A DNA stretch of 35,355 nt, taken from contig JAYWGM010000027.1 of NCBI GenBank assembly GCA_043778225.1, forward strand, positions 1-35,355, read 5' to 3'. The translations under genes and the position numbers were made by a program. Under the pieces are notes generated by a model. It was not told the DNA's origin, made no database searches, and saw only the letters and a program-made list of their open reading frames with translations. Positions 17,158-26,365 of the stretch are shown in pieces. Each line of letters opens with the position of its first letter. The first letter of the stretch is position 1. Source of the DNA: Deinococcales bacterium. GTDB taxonomy: Bacteria > Deinococcota > Deinococci > Deinococcales > JAAFIG01.

Positions 17158-20100
17158 ATGATTCGACTCGAGGTGCTTGGAAAACCAATGGTCAAAATCC
17201 AAAACCGCGAGGCGAAGCTCTACGCCAAAGCTGTGGCACTGCTTGCCTACCTCGCACTTGAGGGGCGCACCAGCCGCCGTAAAATAGCCGAAATGCTTTG
17301 GGCTGGCGCTCCCGATGCGCTCAATAACTTATCGGTCACTCGAGGGCATATTCTGGGCGAACTGGGCGAAACGGCGCTTGTCTCCGACCTCGAGACGATT
17401 GCACTAGGAGCAAATGTTTGGTGCGATGCGCTGGAGTGGCAAAAAGACCCGAGCCGACAAAGTTGGGACTTATACCGAGGCGAATTTTTACAAGATTTAC
17501 GACTGCGCGAATGGAAACGCGGGCTGGGCGAAGAATTTGAGGAATGGGTCGAACAAAAACGAACAGATTTTGCCGTGGAACGTTCTGGATTGGCACTCGC
17601 TTTAGCCAAAGAGGCTTTGCGCTCCGAGCAGTATCTTGATGCACAAGCATGGCTCGAGTTTTCCGCCAATGATTTTAATGAACCACACGAAGAAGCGGTG
17701 CGCTGGCTGATTTGTTTATATGGGTTTCAAAACCAAATCGATAAAACCAGAGCAATCTACTCAAAACTCGATACAAACCTAAAAGAGACTTTGGGGGTTT
17801 GTCCAACCGCCCAGACCCAAGCTGCTTTTTTATTGGCTCGAGATGGGCAATCGGCTGAGTGCTTACATTTGCTCAAGCAAGAATTTGTTTCTAGCCCCAG
17901 ACAAAACCAAAGCGAACCGCTTCTTCTACATACTCCATTTATCGGACGAAATGATGTACTTCGTGATTTATTTGACTTTTTGCTTACTAAACCGAACACT
18001 TTGGCTCGAGCCGTGGGCATTATGGGTGAACCGGGTGCAGGGAAAAGTCGGCTGGCGCTCGAGTTGGCAAGGCGGCTAGAAAGTCATTTGGGTGCAACCT
18101 CATATTTTGTTAAAGCAACTCCCGAGTCTCCTGTTGCCGAACCACTTGCCGAGTTGTGCCGAGCCTTGTTACAACACCGCCCTCAGGCTATAAATCAGCT
18201 TTCCTTGGCTTCACAAAAAGCCATACAGCACCTTTTGCCCGACTTGTATCCAAAAATGAATCACGAGGAAGACCTAAACCACAGCCATCAGCTAAAAAAC
18301 GCACTGCAATCTTTGTTTGCCACACAACAAAACACCATTATCGTTTTTGATGATTTGCAGTGGGCGGATGCAATCACGGTACAACACCTTTTACATATGC
18401 TCGAGGCAGGTTTATACCTTATTTTTACCCAACGCAACACTGAACCAAGCCGTGCTGATACACAAAGCCTTTTGAGATCGGGTGCAAAACAACACAACCT
18501 CGAGCCACTGCTGGTGAGCGACCTCAGCCAATTGCTCAAGCAGTATCATAATCAACACTGGAATGCCAGCAGTTTACGCAAAGCCAGTGGTGGTAATCCG
18601 CTCTATGCGCTCGAGTTACTCCGCAGCCAAGAACCCATGCCACGCCAAGTGCTGCATCTCATTCGAGAACGAGTCAAACGCTTAGGGGCGATTGAACAAC
18701 AGGTACTCGAGGGTTTTGCAGTCTTGGACAGCAGTGCCGATTTGTATTTACTTGCCAAGGTCACCGGACGCAGCCAAGACGAACTGATAGAAGCCACCGA
18801 ACGACTCGAGCATGAGGGGTTACTTGGGCATAATCAGCATTATTTGCACTTAAACCATGACCTGACCAAAGAAGCAGTTTTACAAGACCTTGGGATTGCT
18901 CGCCGTGCGATGCTCCATTTGCGGGCGGCTCGAGCCTTAAAAATGCCGAGCAGTGCAGCACAGCATTATTGGGATGCCAGAAATGCTTGGACACCAAAAG
19001 ACAGGCGATTCGCGCACGCTGCATTTAGTAATCTAGCCAATCGGTATGGAATGCACGGCGAAATAGAAAATGCAGTTGCTTGCTTTTATCAAATTATTGA
19101 AACATCCAGTAGTGATGCTCAAAGGCTCGAATCAAAATTACGCTGTGCAGAATGGCTAATTCGGTATGACAATTACCAGCACGCTTCGGTTATGCTCGAG
19201 CAGACAGTCAATTTACTGCAAGATACCAACGATTCATATTTGCACGCCTATGCCGATGTTGTGAAAGGCAGAATCCTTACAAATAATAGACAACCAATGA
19301 TTGCAAAAATACACCTTGAAGCAGCCCTCTATCGGCTAGAGGGGACTGTTTCACAGCGAAATAAGATACTTCAAGGCGAAGCACAATTGTGGCTTGGCTG
19401 GAATTACCGTGCAATTGGTGAATTAAGTAAAGCAAAAAACTGTTTTGATATAGCTCGAGAAATTTTTCAAGCACTTAATCAACAACGCAATCTTGCCGAG
19501 GCATTGTCGAGTTTGGCAACCATTGCCCATCAAACACAAGACCTTTCAACCGCAGAGCAGTATTGGCGGGCTGCTTTGGTCATTCATGAACAACTCCGAA
19601 ATATATCTGGAATTATTTTAACCATGCACAACCTTGCCATTGCTTTATGGACTCGAGGCATACTGACACAAGCCTTTGATTTTGCAAATAAGGCTGCAAG
19701 TATGGCAGAAGACATTCAGTCTTTTCGGAGTCTTGCCCTAGCCCAAGAATGTAAAGGGTCAATTTTATGCTTACAACATCAGTACGACCAAGCACTTAAA
19801 GAATACCAAAATGCAACCAACGCATGGCAACGAGCCTCTGCATCTATACCGATTGAACTGATATGCAACACCGCCGAGGTATATTTCTACCTGTTTGACT
19901 ATGTAAAAGCACTTCAGGAAATGAATCAATTTTGGGCTGAAGTAGAATTAAAAAGTATTCAAGATTATTCAATCTTGGTCTTTGCACATTTACTATCCTT
20001 TGATATTCATTTGGAACAAAATAACCATCTAGAATGTAAAAAACACACGATAAAAGCCCAAGCACTGATAGAACAAAATGCACTTATGGTCTTTGAGCAT

Positions 20101-20331
20101 GGTTTGAAAGTCCGACAAACCATGCTCAAAAACGATGTCCAAGAAATACATGATCTTATAAAAAAGTACAAGGATCATCTCGAGTACACTGCTCCACTTG
20201 CTCTAACTTTGGCAACAAAACATCAACAATTTGATATGGCAATAGGATTACTTGAACACTGTACCCATCCGTACTGGCAACAGCGAATTGAAAATGTAAT
20301 ACGGGAATTAAGCCCTAATAACCCAACATAG
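17158..20331 (+). CDS. AfsR/SARP-like regulator: N-terminal wHTH + BTAD, central STAND/AAA ATPase, C-terminal TPRs
   Basis: IRLEVLGKP..KAVALLAYLALEG..SRRKIAEMLW; LYRGEFL..FEEWV (BTAD); Walker A GEPGAGKS; Walker B IVFDDLQWAD; SGGNPLY; TPR repeats. Confidence 0.9.
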   Translation: MIRLEVLGKPMVKIQNREAKLYAKAVALLAYLALEGRTSRRKIAEMLWAGAPDALNNLSVTRGHILGELGETALVSDLETIALGANVWCDALEWQKDPSRQSWDLYRGEFLQDLRLREWKRGLGEEFEEWVEQKRTDFAVERSGLALALAKEALRSEQYLDAQAWLEFSANDFNEPHEEAVRWLICLYGFQNQIDKTRAIYSKLDTNLKETLGVCPTAQTQAAFLLARDGQSAECLHLLKQEFVSSPRQNQSEPLLLHTPFIGRNDVLRDLFDFLLTKPNTLARAVGIMGEPGAGKSRLALELARRLESHLGATSYFVKATPESPVAEPLAELCRALLQHRPQAINQLSLASQKAIQHLLPDLYPKMNHEEDLNHSHQLKNALQSLFATQQNTIIVFDDLQWADAITVQHLLHMLEAGLYLIFTQRNTEPSRADTQSLLRSGAKQHNLEPLLVSDLSQLLKQYHNQHWNASSLRKASGGNPLYALELLRSQEPMPRQVLHLIRERVKRLGAIEQQVLEGFAVLDSSADLYLLAKVTGRSQDELIEATERLEHEGLLGHNQHYLHLNHDLTKEAVLQDLGIARRAMLHLRAARALKMPSSAAQHYWDARNAWTPKDRRFAHAAFSNLANRYGMHGEIENAVACFYQIIETSSSDAQRLESKLRCAEWLIRYDNYQHASVMLEQTVNLLQDTNDSYLHAYADVVKGRILTNNRQPMIAKIHLEAALYRLEGTVSQRNKILQGEAQLWLGWNYRAIGELSKAKNCFDIAREIFQALNQQRNLAEALSSLATIAHQTQDLSTAEQYWRAALVIHEQLRNISGIILTMHNLAIALWTRGILTQAFDFANKAASMAEDIQSFRSLALAQECKGSILCLQHQYDQALKEYQNATNAWQRASASIPIELICNTAEVYFYLFDYVKALQEMNQFWAEVELKSIQDYSILVFAHLLSFDIHLEQNNHLECKKHTIKAQALIEQNALMVFEHGLKVRQTMLKNDVQEIHDLIKKYKDHLEYTAPLALTLATKHQQFDMAIGLLEHCTHPYWQQRIENVIRELSPNNPT

Positions 20332-20350
20332 GAGTCTTCAAGGAGGATGT

Positions 20351-21940
20351 ATGAAAAAGCAATTTGGCATGGTCATTTTTATTCTAATGTGTGGTTTTCT
20401 CTTGTTGGTTAATGCTCAATCAACGAAAGAAGGTGTTATTTTTGCTCCAAATATTGTGGCTGGTGGCGATATATTTACAGCACAACTTATATCTAAAAGA
20501 CCAATAGAAAAGTTGATTTTTAACCCAGAAATGCAGCCGCCAGCAAAGTTTTCGTTAATTCCAAAGCCAGAAAATAGGGACGGAGTGTATACCTTTACAT
20601 TACCTAAAGATGTGCTTGGTGGAAATCCAATTGTGGATGCAATGATTAAAGAAGGAAGTACCTCCAAAACTGTAAACCTTCGACCCATACAGCAAAACGC
20701 AGAGCAGTATATTGGTACGATTACAATACTTGGTCAAGATGTTGTAAAGAATCAAACAACACTGGTTTGGCATTCAGCAAATATAACAGGGACAAATGCA
20801 AAGCCAATTCTGGAAGACTCCAAAGCAATTGGTTCTCTTACAGATGCAACTCCTATTTGCAAAGGGAAACTGGAAATTAGAGAAAAAACACCTTACAGTA
20901 GTACAATAGTTTCAGAATTAAACACGTGGGCAGTGAAGAATAGATATGCAGCTGTGGCGGATGTGTATAAAGCTGTGATTGCAGACCCAGTACCGAATTA
21001 TGGCGCACCAGCCTATTCTTTTGACGATGCTTTAGCAGTGGCTGATTTTAGACAAAGTGTCAAATTAGGAAATTCGATAAGCATTCTAAACACTCCCAAA
21101 ATAGCTATTGTGGATACAGGGGTATCTAATTTTTCGGATACGCAACGAGTTAAAGACCCTTATAATTTTATTGCAAATACCACCAATGCATCTGACGATT
21201 TTATGAAAGATTTTGATTTCAAAGGCTCAAGCGGTAACTCATCGAAACTCGAAATGAAGGGTCATGGAAGTATAGTTGCAGAAATTGCTGCTGGTCAAAA
21301 TGGAATCTCTCCTAATTCCACAATTATTCCAGTCAAGGTTTGTGACAAAAATGGCAGTTGCCGATTGGATCATGTCATCAGAGGCGTTTGTTACGCTATT
21401 GCAAAGGTTGGTGCGGGTGGGATAGTCAATATGAGTTTTGGTGGGGATACAGACTCAAATATACTCACGGCAATTATCAATGAGGCAGTGGCGAAGGGGG
21501 TAAAATTTGTTGCTTCAGCAGGCAACAGAGAAGCCTACTACAAAGCAAAAGGTATCTTGGGTGTGCTAATGCAATTTCCTGCTGCAACACAAGTCCGCAA
21601 TCCAAATGAGATTGTTTTGAACAATTTACGATTATCACCAAGCGTTTTTGGCGTTGGTGCAGTCGGAAATTATAATAACGTCTGGATTCCGACTGAATTT
21701 AGTCAGCGTGGTGCGTATGTGGATATTGTTGCACCGGGTGCAGGTATTGTGTTCAACAATAGTAGATACGCCGGAACATCTTTTGCAGCACCTTTTATTG
21801 CAGGGGCGTTGGCATTGGCAGCAGGAAAACAGATGGAGGGTGACCTTAAAGACATTTGTGACCCAAGTTTCAAGATAGATCGCAATAAGCACTCTCCCAT
21901 AGTGGGTTGCGGTATGCTCAATTTATCTTCCATCAAATAA
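20351..21940 (+). CDS. Secreted S8 (subtilisin-like) serine peptidase
   Basis: Signal peptide; catalytic triad IVDTG, GHGSIVA, GTSFAAP; ASAGN oxyanion motif; SD AGGAGG. Confidence 0.92.
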   Translation: MKKQFGMVIFILMCGFLLLVNAQSTKEGVIFAPNIVAGGDIFTAQLISKRPIEKLIFNPEMQPPAKFSLIPKPENRDGVYTFTLPKDVLGGNPIVDAMIKEGSTSKTVNLRPIQQNAEQYIGTITILGQDVVKNQTTLVWHSANITGTNAKPILEDSKAIGSLTDATPICKGKLEIREKTPYSSTIVSELNTWAVKNRYAAVADVYKAVIADPVPNYGAPAYSFDDALAVADFRQSVKLGNSISILNTPKIAIVDTGVSNFSDTQRVKDPYNFIANTTNASDDFMKDFDFKGSSGNSSKLEMKGHGSIVAEIAAGQNGISPNSTIIPVKVCDKNGSCRLDHVIRGVCYAIAKVGAGGIVNMSFGGDTDSNILTAIINEAVAKGVKFVASAGNREAYYKAKGILGVLMQFPAATQVRNPNEIVLNNLRLSPSVFGVGAVGNYNNVWIPTEFSQRGAYVDIVAPGAGIVFNNSRYAGTSFAAPFIAGALALAAGKQMEGDLKDICDPSFKIDRNKHSPIVGCGMLNLSSIK

Positions 21941-21953
21941 TTGTTCTATTTTC

Positions 21954-21982
21954 AACCCTCGAGCATATGTCTCGAGGGTTTC
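21954..21982. terminator. Intrinsic terminator after the subtilase
   Basis: AACCCTCGAG-CATATGT-CTCGAGGGTT inverted repeat. Confidence 0.7.
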
Positions 21983-22024
21983 TGTCTCACCCCTGCTCAA
22001 GCCACTTATCAACAAAAACACAAC

Positions 22025-22837
22025 CTACCGCAAATTCTGGTAACTCGAGAGCAGCAGATTCAAATCCAGAGGTGCTTTAACACTCCCAGCCGTCTTCTCG
22101 AGTTCGCTGCGGGTTAAATTCCCAATAATCCAAACAAAACTGCTGCCGATATTCCTCGAGACAATTCGTGGCGTGTTGCTTGTGCCAATTGGCGCAAAGA
22201 CCAACACCAGCACACTGATTCCATTGCTGGCTCGCAACTCGAGGGCGGGCAAATTATTCTTGCCGACTGTCCTCGAGCGCAACTCAAAAACCAAAAATCC
22301 CTCTGGCAGTTGCAATCCAGTTTCGCGCTGCACAAATGCCTCGAGCTTTGGCTTGGGTTCAAGCAGGGTCAATTGCCGTGCTTGTTGCCGAGGCTTGGGG
22401 TTGCCAAGGCTGGTAAACCGAGCCTCAAAAGTAATTTCGCCGCTCGAGTCGCGCTCTTCTATCCCTAAGCGCAACAACCACTTTTGGTCAATCCAGAGTC
22501 GAAAACTTGGGGCGCTGCTGACTTTTGGCACAAGGCTGATACGCCATGTTTCGCGCCCTGCAATGCTTTCGCCCAATTCGGCTTTAGCGACAAAATTTTT
22601 ACGAATCCAACTGGCAGACAGTGGCGGTGGGGCTGGCAAATCGGCACGGCTCTGTTCTGGTTTGGCGCGTGGTGGAAAAAGTTGTTTCTCGAGAACCTCG
22701 CCACGCAGATTGGTTTGGGCTTCCCGCTCGAGGGCGCGAATTAGAAAAGCGATTGGGTTTTGTGGTGGTTCAGGGATAACTTGGGCAAAAGCGCCAACTG
22801 AACAAACAACCAGAATCAACAAGAGGCTTGGTTTCAT
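22025..22837 (-). CDS. MucB/RseB-like periplasmic regulator (LolA-like fold)
   Basis: Signal peptide MKPSLLLILVVCSVGAFA; GESIAGRETWRISLVPK..FRLWIDQKWLL.L..E; third gene of the ECF operon. Confidence 0.75.
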   Translation of the reverse strand: MKPSLLLILVVCSVGAFAQVIPEPPQNPIAFLIRALEREAQTNLRGEVLEKQLFPPRAKPEQSRADLPAPPPLSASWIRKNFVAKAELGESIAGRETWRISLVPKVSSAPSFRLWIDQKWLLRLGIEERDSSGEITFEARFTSLGNPKPRQQARQLTLLEPKPKLEAFVQRETGLQLPEGFLVFELRSRTVGKNNLPALELRASNGISVLVLVFAPIGTSNTPRIVSRNIGSSFVWIIGNLTRSELEKTAGSVKAPLDLNLLLSSYQNLR

Positions 22838-22839
22838 GG

Positions 22840-23211
22840 CTACCATCCTGTACTGGCTTCTTGATAGACAGTATAGGCTTCGTTGGCATCGGCGCTGGTT
22901 GTGGGATTGAGGAACACAAAGCCAGCTGCCACGGTGGCGGCGGCGGCTAATCCAGCCACGGCTCGAGTGAGGTTCAGGCGCAAAACACGTAAACGCTCGA
23001 GTTTGATGGCTACTAAAGTTGGCTGCACTGCCTTTAGGTCTATTGGGCGCAAAACCGCCCCGCTCGAGAGGTAGGCATTCCAAGTTGGGTTTTCTTGACG
23101 CTCAAGCCTCAAGGCATTCAAAACATGGTCGGTGCTGGCTTGGTCTCGAGCCGTCGGTTGGGCAGCACTGGATAAGAAATCTGCCCAAGTGTCGTCGTTA
23201 TTATGGTTCAT
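22840..23211 (-). CDS. Single-TM anti-sigma-factor-like protein
   Basis: ATGA-coupled to the sigma stop; C-terminal TM helix AVAGLAAAATVAAGFVFL. Confidence 0.7.
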   Translation of the reverse strand: MNHNNDDTWADFLSSAAQPTARDQASTDHVLNALRLERQENPTWNAYLSSGAVLRPIDLKAVQPTLVAIKLERLRVLRLNLTRAVAGLAAAATVAAGFVFLNPTTSADANEAYTVYQEASTGW

Positions 23212-23807
23212 GGTGCGTACCCCCATCCTTCTAGGATTTCTCGTAAGCTGGCTCGAGCGCGGTTCATACGGCTTTTGACTGTGCCAACTTCGATGTTTAA
23301 GACTTCGGCGGCAGCGGCATAATCTAAATTGCCAAATTCGACCAATACAAAGGTTTCTCTAAAATCAGGTTTAAGTTTGGCGAGGGCTTTCTCGAGGGCG
23401 GCACGTAAATCACGGCGTTCGGCAATCTCGAGTGGCGAGTCGGTGGTCTCTGGATGCTCCGTTGGAGCTTGTATGTCATGGCTCAAATCTGGGTGTTTGC
23501 GGGTTCGGGCATAGCAGCAGTTTAAGGCGATGCGGTGTAACCATGTGCTGAACTGGGCTTCTTGGCGAAAAGTACCAATGGCGCGATAGGCGGCTAAAAA
23601 GGCATCCTGAACGACATCATAGGCTTCTTCACGCCCGACAATTCGGCTGCAAACCGCATGAACCCGTGGGCTGTGGCGGCGCACCAGTTCGTCAAAGGCT
23701 TCATCTTGTCCGCGGCGTGCCAAAGCCACCAGTTGGTTGTCCTCAAGGTCGTTGAGGCTGGCAGGGGGAGCAAATTTAAGGGTCAAGATACCAACCATTC
23801 TAACCAT
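23208..23807 (-). CDS. ECF sigma-70 factor (RpoE-like)
   Basis: AFDELVRRH, DVVQDAFLAAY, FSTWLHRIALN (region 2); YAAAAEVLNIEVGTVKSRMNRAR (region 4). Exact start uncertain. Confidence 0.93.
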   Translation of the reverse strand: MVRMVGILTLKFAPPASLNDLEDNQLVALARRGQDEAFDELVRRHSPRVHAVCSRIVGREEAYDVVQDAFLAAYRAIGTFRQEAQFSTWLHRIALNCCYARTRKHPDLSHDIQAPTEHPETTDSPLEIAERRDLRAALEKALAKLKPDFRETFVLVEFGNLDYAAAAEVLNIEVGTVKSRMNRARASLREILEGWGYAP

Positions 23808-23825
23808 TGGATGCGACTTTATGGC

Positions 23826-24842
23826 TTAAAGTTCCGTAAACAGTTCGGGAAGATGTCCAAACGGTACTCGAGTCGCTTCTGGGCTGGGCTGATGCCCACT
23901 GACTCCAGCAAAATGGTCTATTAAATCTCCGACCATGGCACTGGCAGTCACCAAGCCACCTGCTCCGCCGCCTTGCAGAATCACCACGCCACTGGCATCG
24001 CCATGAAAAATCATCGCATTGCGGCTGGCGGCACTTTGGGCAAGCGGATGGTCGTTCTCGAGCAGCACTGGACGGACTTTAGCCAGCCAGCCCGAAGCAC
24101 TTGGCAAGATGCTGCCAACCAGTTTGACCCTTTGCCCAGCTTTGGTTGCCTCGAGAATGCGCTGACTGCTTAAATCCTCGATTCCTTTAATTTGAATGTT
24201 TTCCCACAAAAAATTGGGGTCTACGGTAATTCGCGCCAGCACACAGAGTTTATGGGCGGCATCTGTGCCAGAGACATCCAAAGTCGGTGGGTCTTCGGCG
24301 TAACCCTTGGCTTGGGCTTCCAAGAGCGCATCGTGGTAGCTTGCGCCGTTTTCCATGCGGGTTAGAATATAATTGCACGTCCCAGACAAAATCGCATGGA
24401 GTTCTAAGGTGTTGCTCGAGCGCAGTGTGCCGGTCAGTGGACCAAGCACCGGTGTGCCAGCCATGACACTGGCTTCACAGTAAATCTGTCCGTTCATCAT
24501 AAACGGCTTTAAGACAGCCCAGCACTCTGCCAGCATGGCTTTATTGGCGGTGATTAAAATTTTGCCATCAGACAGTTGTGACTGCACCAACTCGAGCGCT
24601 CGAGTTGTGCCACCCATGGTTTCAAAAATAATATCGGCATCCTCGAGAACGCTGGGGTCGGAGGTAAACTGGGTGCCGCTCGGCACATCGCTTCGAGCCT
24701 TGTTGGGGTCGCGCACCAAGACAGGCAGCACTTTGGTCTTAAAACCCTGAGATTCAAACAGACTGCGCCGCGTCTCGAGTAACCCCAAAACGCTGCTGCC
24801 AACTGTACCACTGCCAATCATGCCAATCCGAACTCGTTTCAT
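23826..24842 (-). CDS. hom: Homoserine dehydrogenase
   Basis: IGMIGSGTVG, ITANKA, EASVMAGTP, ILSGTCNYIL, GYAEDPPTLDVSGTDAAHKL. ATG at 24842 with TATACT 8 nt upstream. Confidence 0.92.
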   Translation of the reverse strand: MKRVRIGMIGSGTVGSSVLGLLETRRSLFESQGFKTKVLPVLVRDPNKARSDVPSGTQFTSDPSVLEDADIIFETMGGTTRALELVQSQLSDGKILITANKAMLAECWAVLKPFMMNGQIYCEASVMAGTPVLGPLTGTLRSSNTLELHAILSGTCNYILTRMENGASYHDALLEAQAKGYAEDPPTLDVSGTDAAHKLCVLARITVDPNFLWENIQIKGIEDLSSQRILEATKAGQRVKLVGSILPSASGWLAKVRPVLLENDHPLAQSAASRNAMIFHGDASGVVILQGGGAGGLVTASAMVGDLIDHFAGVSGHQPSPEATRVPFGHLPELFTEL

Positions 24843-24858
24843 CGGGCGGCAGTATAAC

Positions 24859-25818
24859 CTATGGCAACCACTGCGCCATTTGCGCCCCAAAAATGGTCTG
24901 CAAGGTTTGACCATTGGGGTCTTTGATAAAAACTTCACTGGCGTTACCCGCAATGTTTTCAGCCAGCACAGACTGACCATCGGGCGACCAAGAACCCGCC
25001 ACACCCTCGAGAAAATTTTGATGCAGTATCCGCGTAAAACCAAGTTCTAAATTAACAATCTCGAGTATATTTTTCTTGTCTTGGGCGTAACTTACAAGCG
25101 CCCTTGTGCCATCAGGCGAAACACTGATGCCATCTGGAATCCGCGCCATGTGGACAAAAAGCGTTTTTTCTTGTCGGGTCTCGAGGTTGCGAAGTTGCAA
25201 CCGCCATTGGCTCTGACCAGATTCTAAAAAACCACTACCGTTGTTGTGGGCAAACAAAATACTTTTGCCATCTGGGCTTAACGCGGGCATCGAAACCCCC
25301 CAATTGAGCGCCTCGGTCTGAGGATACTCGAGCGCGGTTTGGGCGAGATTGCCGCGCAATACCCGAACTCGAGAACCAATACGATATGCCAGCACCGAAC
25401 CATCGCGGTTGCTGGTCTCTGGGAAAAATGGGCTGACTTGGCTTTGCATGGTGGTCAAGACATGGGTTTGGTACACTAAAACTTGGCTATTTGGGCGACG
25501 GTAAGCCAGAAATAATTTTTCGCCGACCGAAGCGATTCCCTCGAGAAACTGGGCATTGATGCTGCTGGGAACAGCCGTCTGATAAGGCGGAAACGAAACA
25601 AAAATTCCAGCCTCGCGCCAAAGCACCAGCCGAGTACCGGTAAAAGCAAACCAGCGCACCCCGCTCGAGTTACCGACTGTCTGGCTGCGCCGCGTTTGTA
25701 GGTTCTCGAGAACCACGCTTTGATTTTTGATGTAGCCCAATGTTCCAGTCATTGGCGGTCTTTGCGCCATTACACTCAGGCTTAAAATAAGTATGCCAAG
25801 TAGCAGGAAAGTTTTCAT
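24859..25818 (-). CDS. Secreted TolB/WD40-like beta-propeller protein
   Basis: Signal peptide; repeated SPDG motifs (LSPDGKS, VSPDGTR, WSPDGQS). Confidence 0.75.
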   Translation of the reverse strand: MKTFLLLGILILSLSVMAQRPPMTGTLGYIKNQSVVLENLQTRRSQTVGNSSGVRWFAFTGTRLVLWREAGIFVSFPPYQTAVPSSINAQFLEGIASVGEKLFLAYRRPNSQVLVYQTHVLTTMQSQVSPFFPETSNRDGSVLAYRIGSRVRVLRGNLAQTALEYPQTEALNWGVSMPALSPDGKSILFAHNNGSGFLESGQSQWRLQLRNLETRQEKTLFVHMARIPDGISVSPDGTRALVSYAQDKKNILEIVNLELGFTRILHQNFLEGVAGSWSPDGQSVLAENIAGNASEVFIKDPNGQTLQTIFGAQMAQWLP

Positions 25819-25889
25819 ATTTTAGTTTACTGCCAGCAAAAAGGAAAAACCACACACCCAAAAAATCATTTCTCGAGTAGACTTTTTCT

Positions 25890-26324
25890 ATGCGCTATTT
25901 ATTGCTGTTACCAATTTTAATGGCTTGTCAGACCACGCCCGTCAAGCCCGTTGAGCCGCCAGTGGTGATTACCGACTTGATTCAACTCGAGACCAACCCT
26001 AAACCACCAAAATCGAGCGATTTTTTTGTGACTCGAGGTGCAAATAAAACTGTTACGGTCAGCAGCAAGCTGCTCTCGCCAGCCGCCAAAAAAGTCAAGG
26101 TCAGCATCTCTGGCTCGAGCGGTGTGGAAGTAGACCCCAAAGACTTTACGCTAACAGGCAACGCCAGCGCTGACATTATTATCAATGTGCCACAAAATGC
26201 CAGCAACGATGTGCCGTATTTTTATATCAACGGGCAAGCCTTGGACAGCAACAATAATCCTGTGGTGTCCAATGGTGTGACAATAAAATTCCAGTGGACT
26301 GTACCAGCCCCGCCAACCCCATAA
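25890..26324 (+). CDS. Hypothetical lipoprotein (Ig-like beta domain)
   Basis: Lipobox ILMAC; TAGACT 6 nt before the ATG. Confidence 0.75.
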   Translation: MRYLLLLPILMACQTTPVKPVEPPVVITDLIQLETNPKPPKSSDFFVTRGANKTVTVSSKLLSPAAKKVKVSISGSSGVEVDPKDFTLTGNASADIIINVPQNASNDVPYFYINGQALDSNNNPVVSNGVTIKFQWTVPAPPTP

Positions 26325-26353
26325 AAAAAGGCTGCCCAGTGCAGCCTTTTTTT
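26323..26353. terminator. Bidirectional intrinsic terminator
   Basis: AAAAAAAGGCTGC-CCAGT-GCAGCCTTTTTTT between convergent genes. Confidence 0.9.
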
Positions 26354-26365
26354 ATTTCCTCGAGC

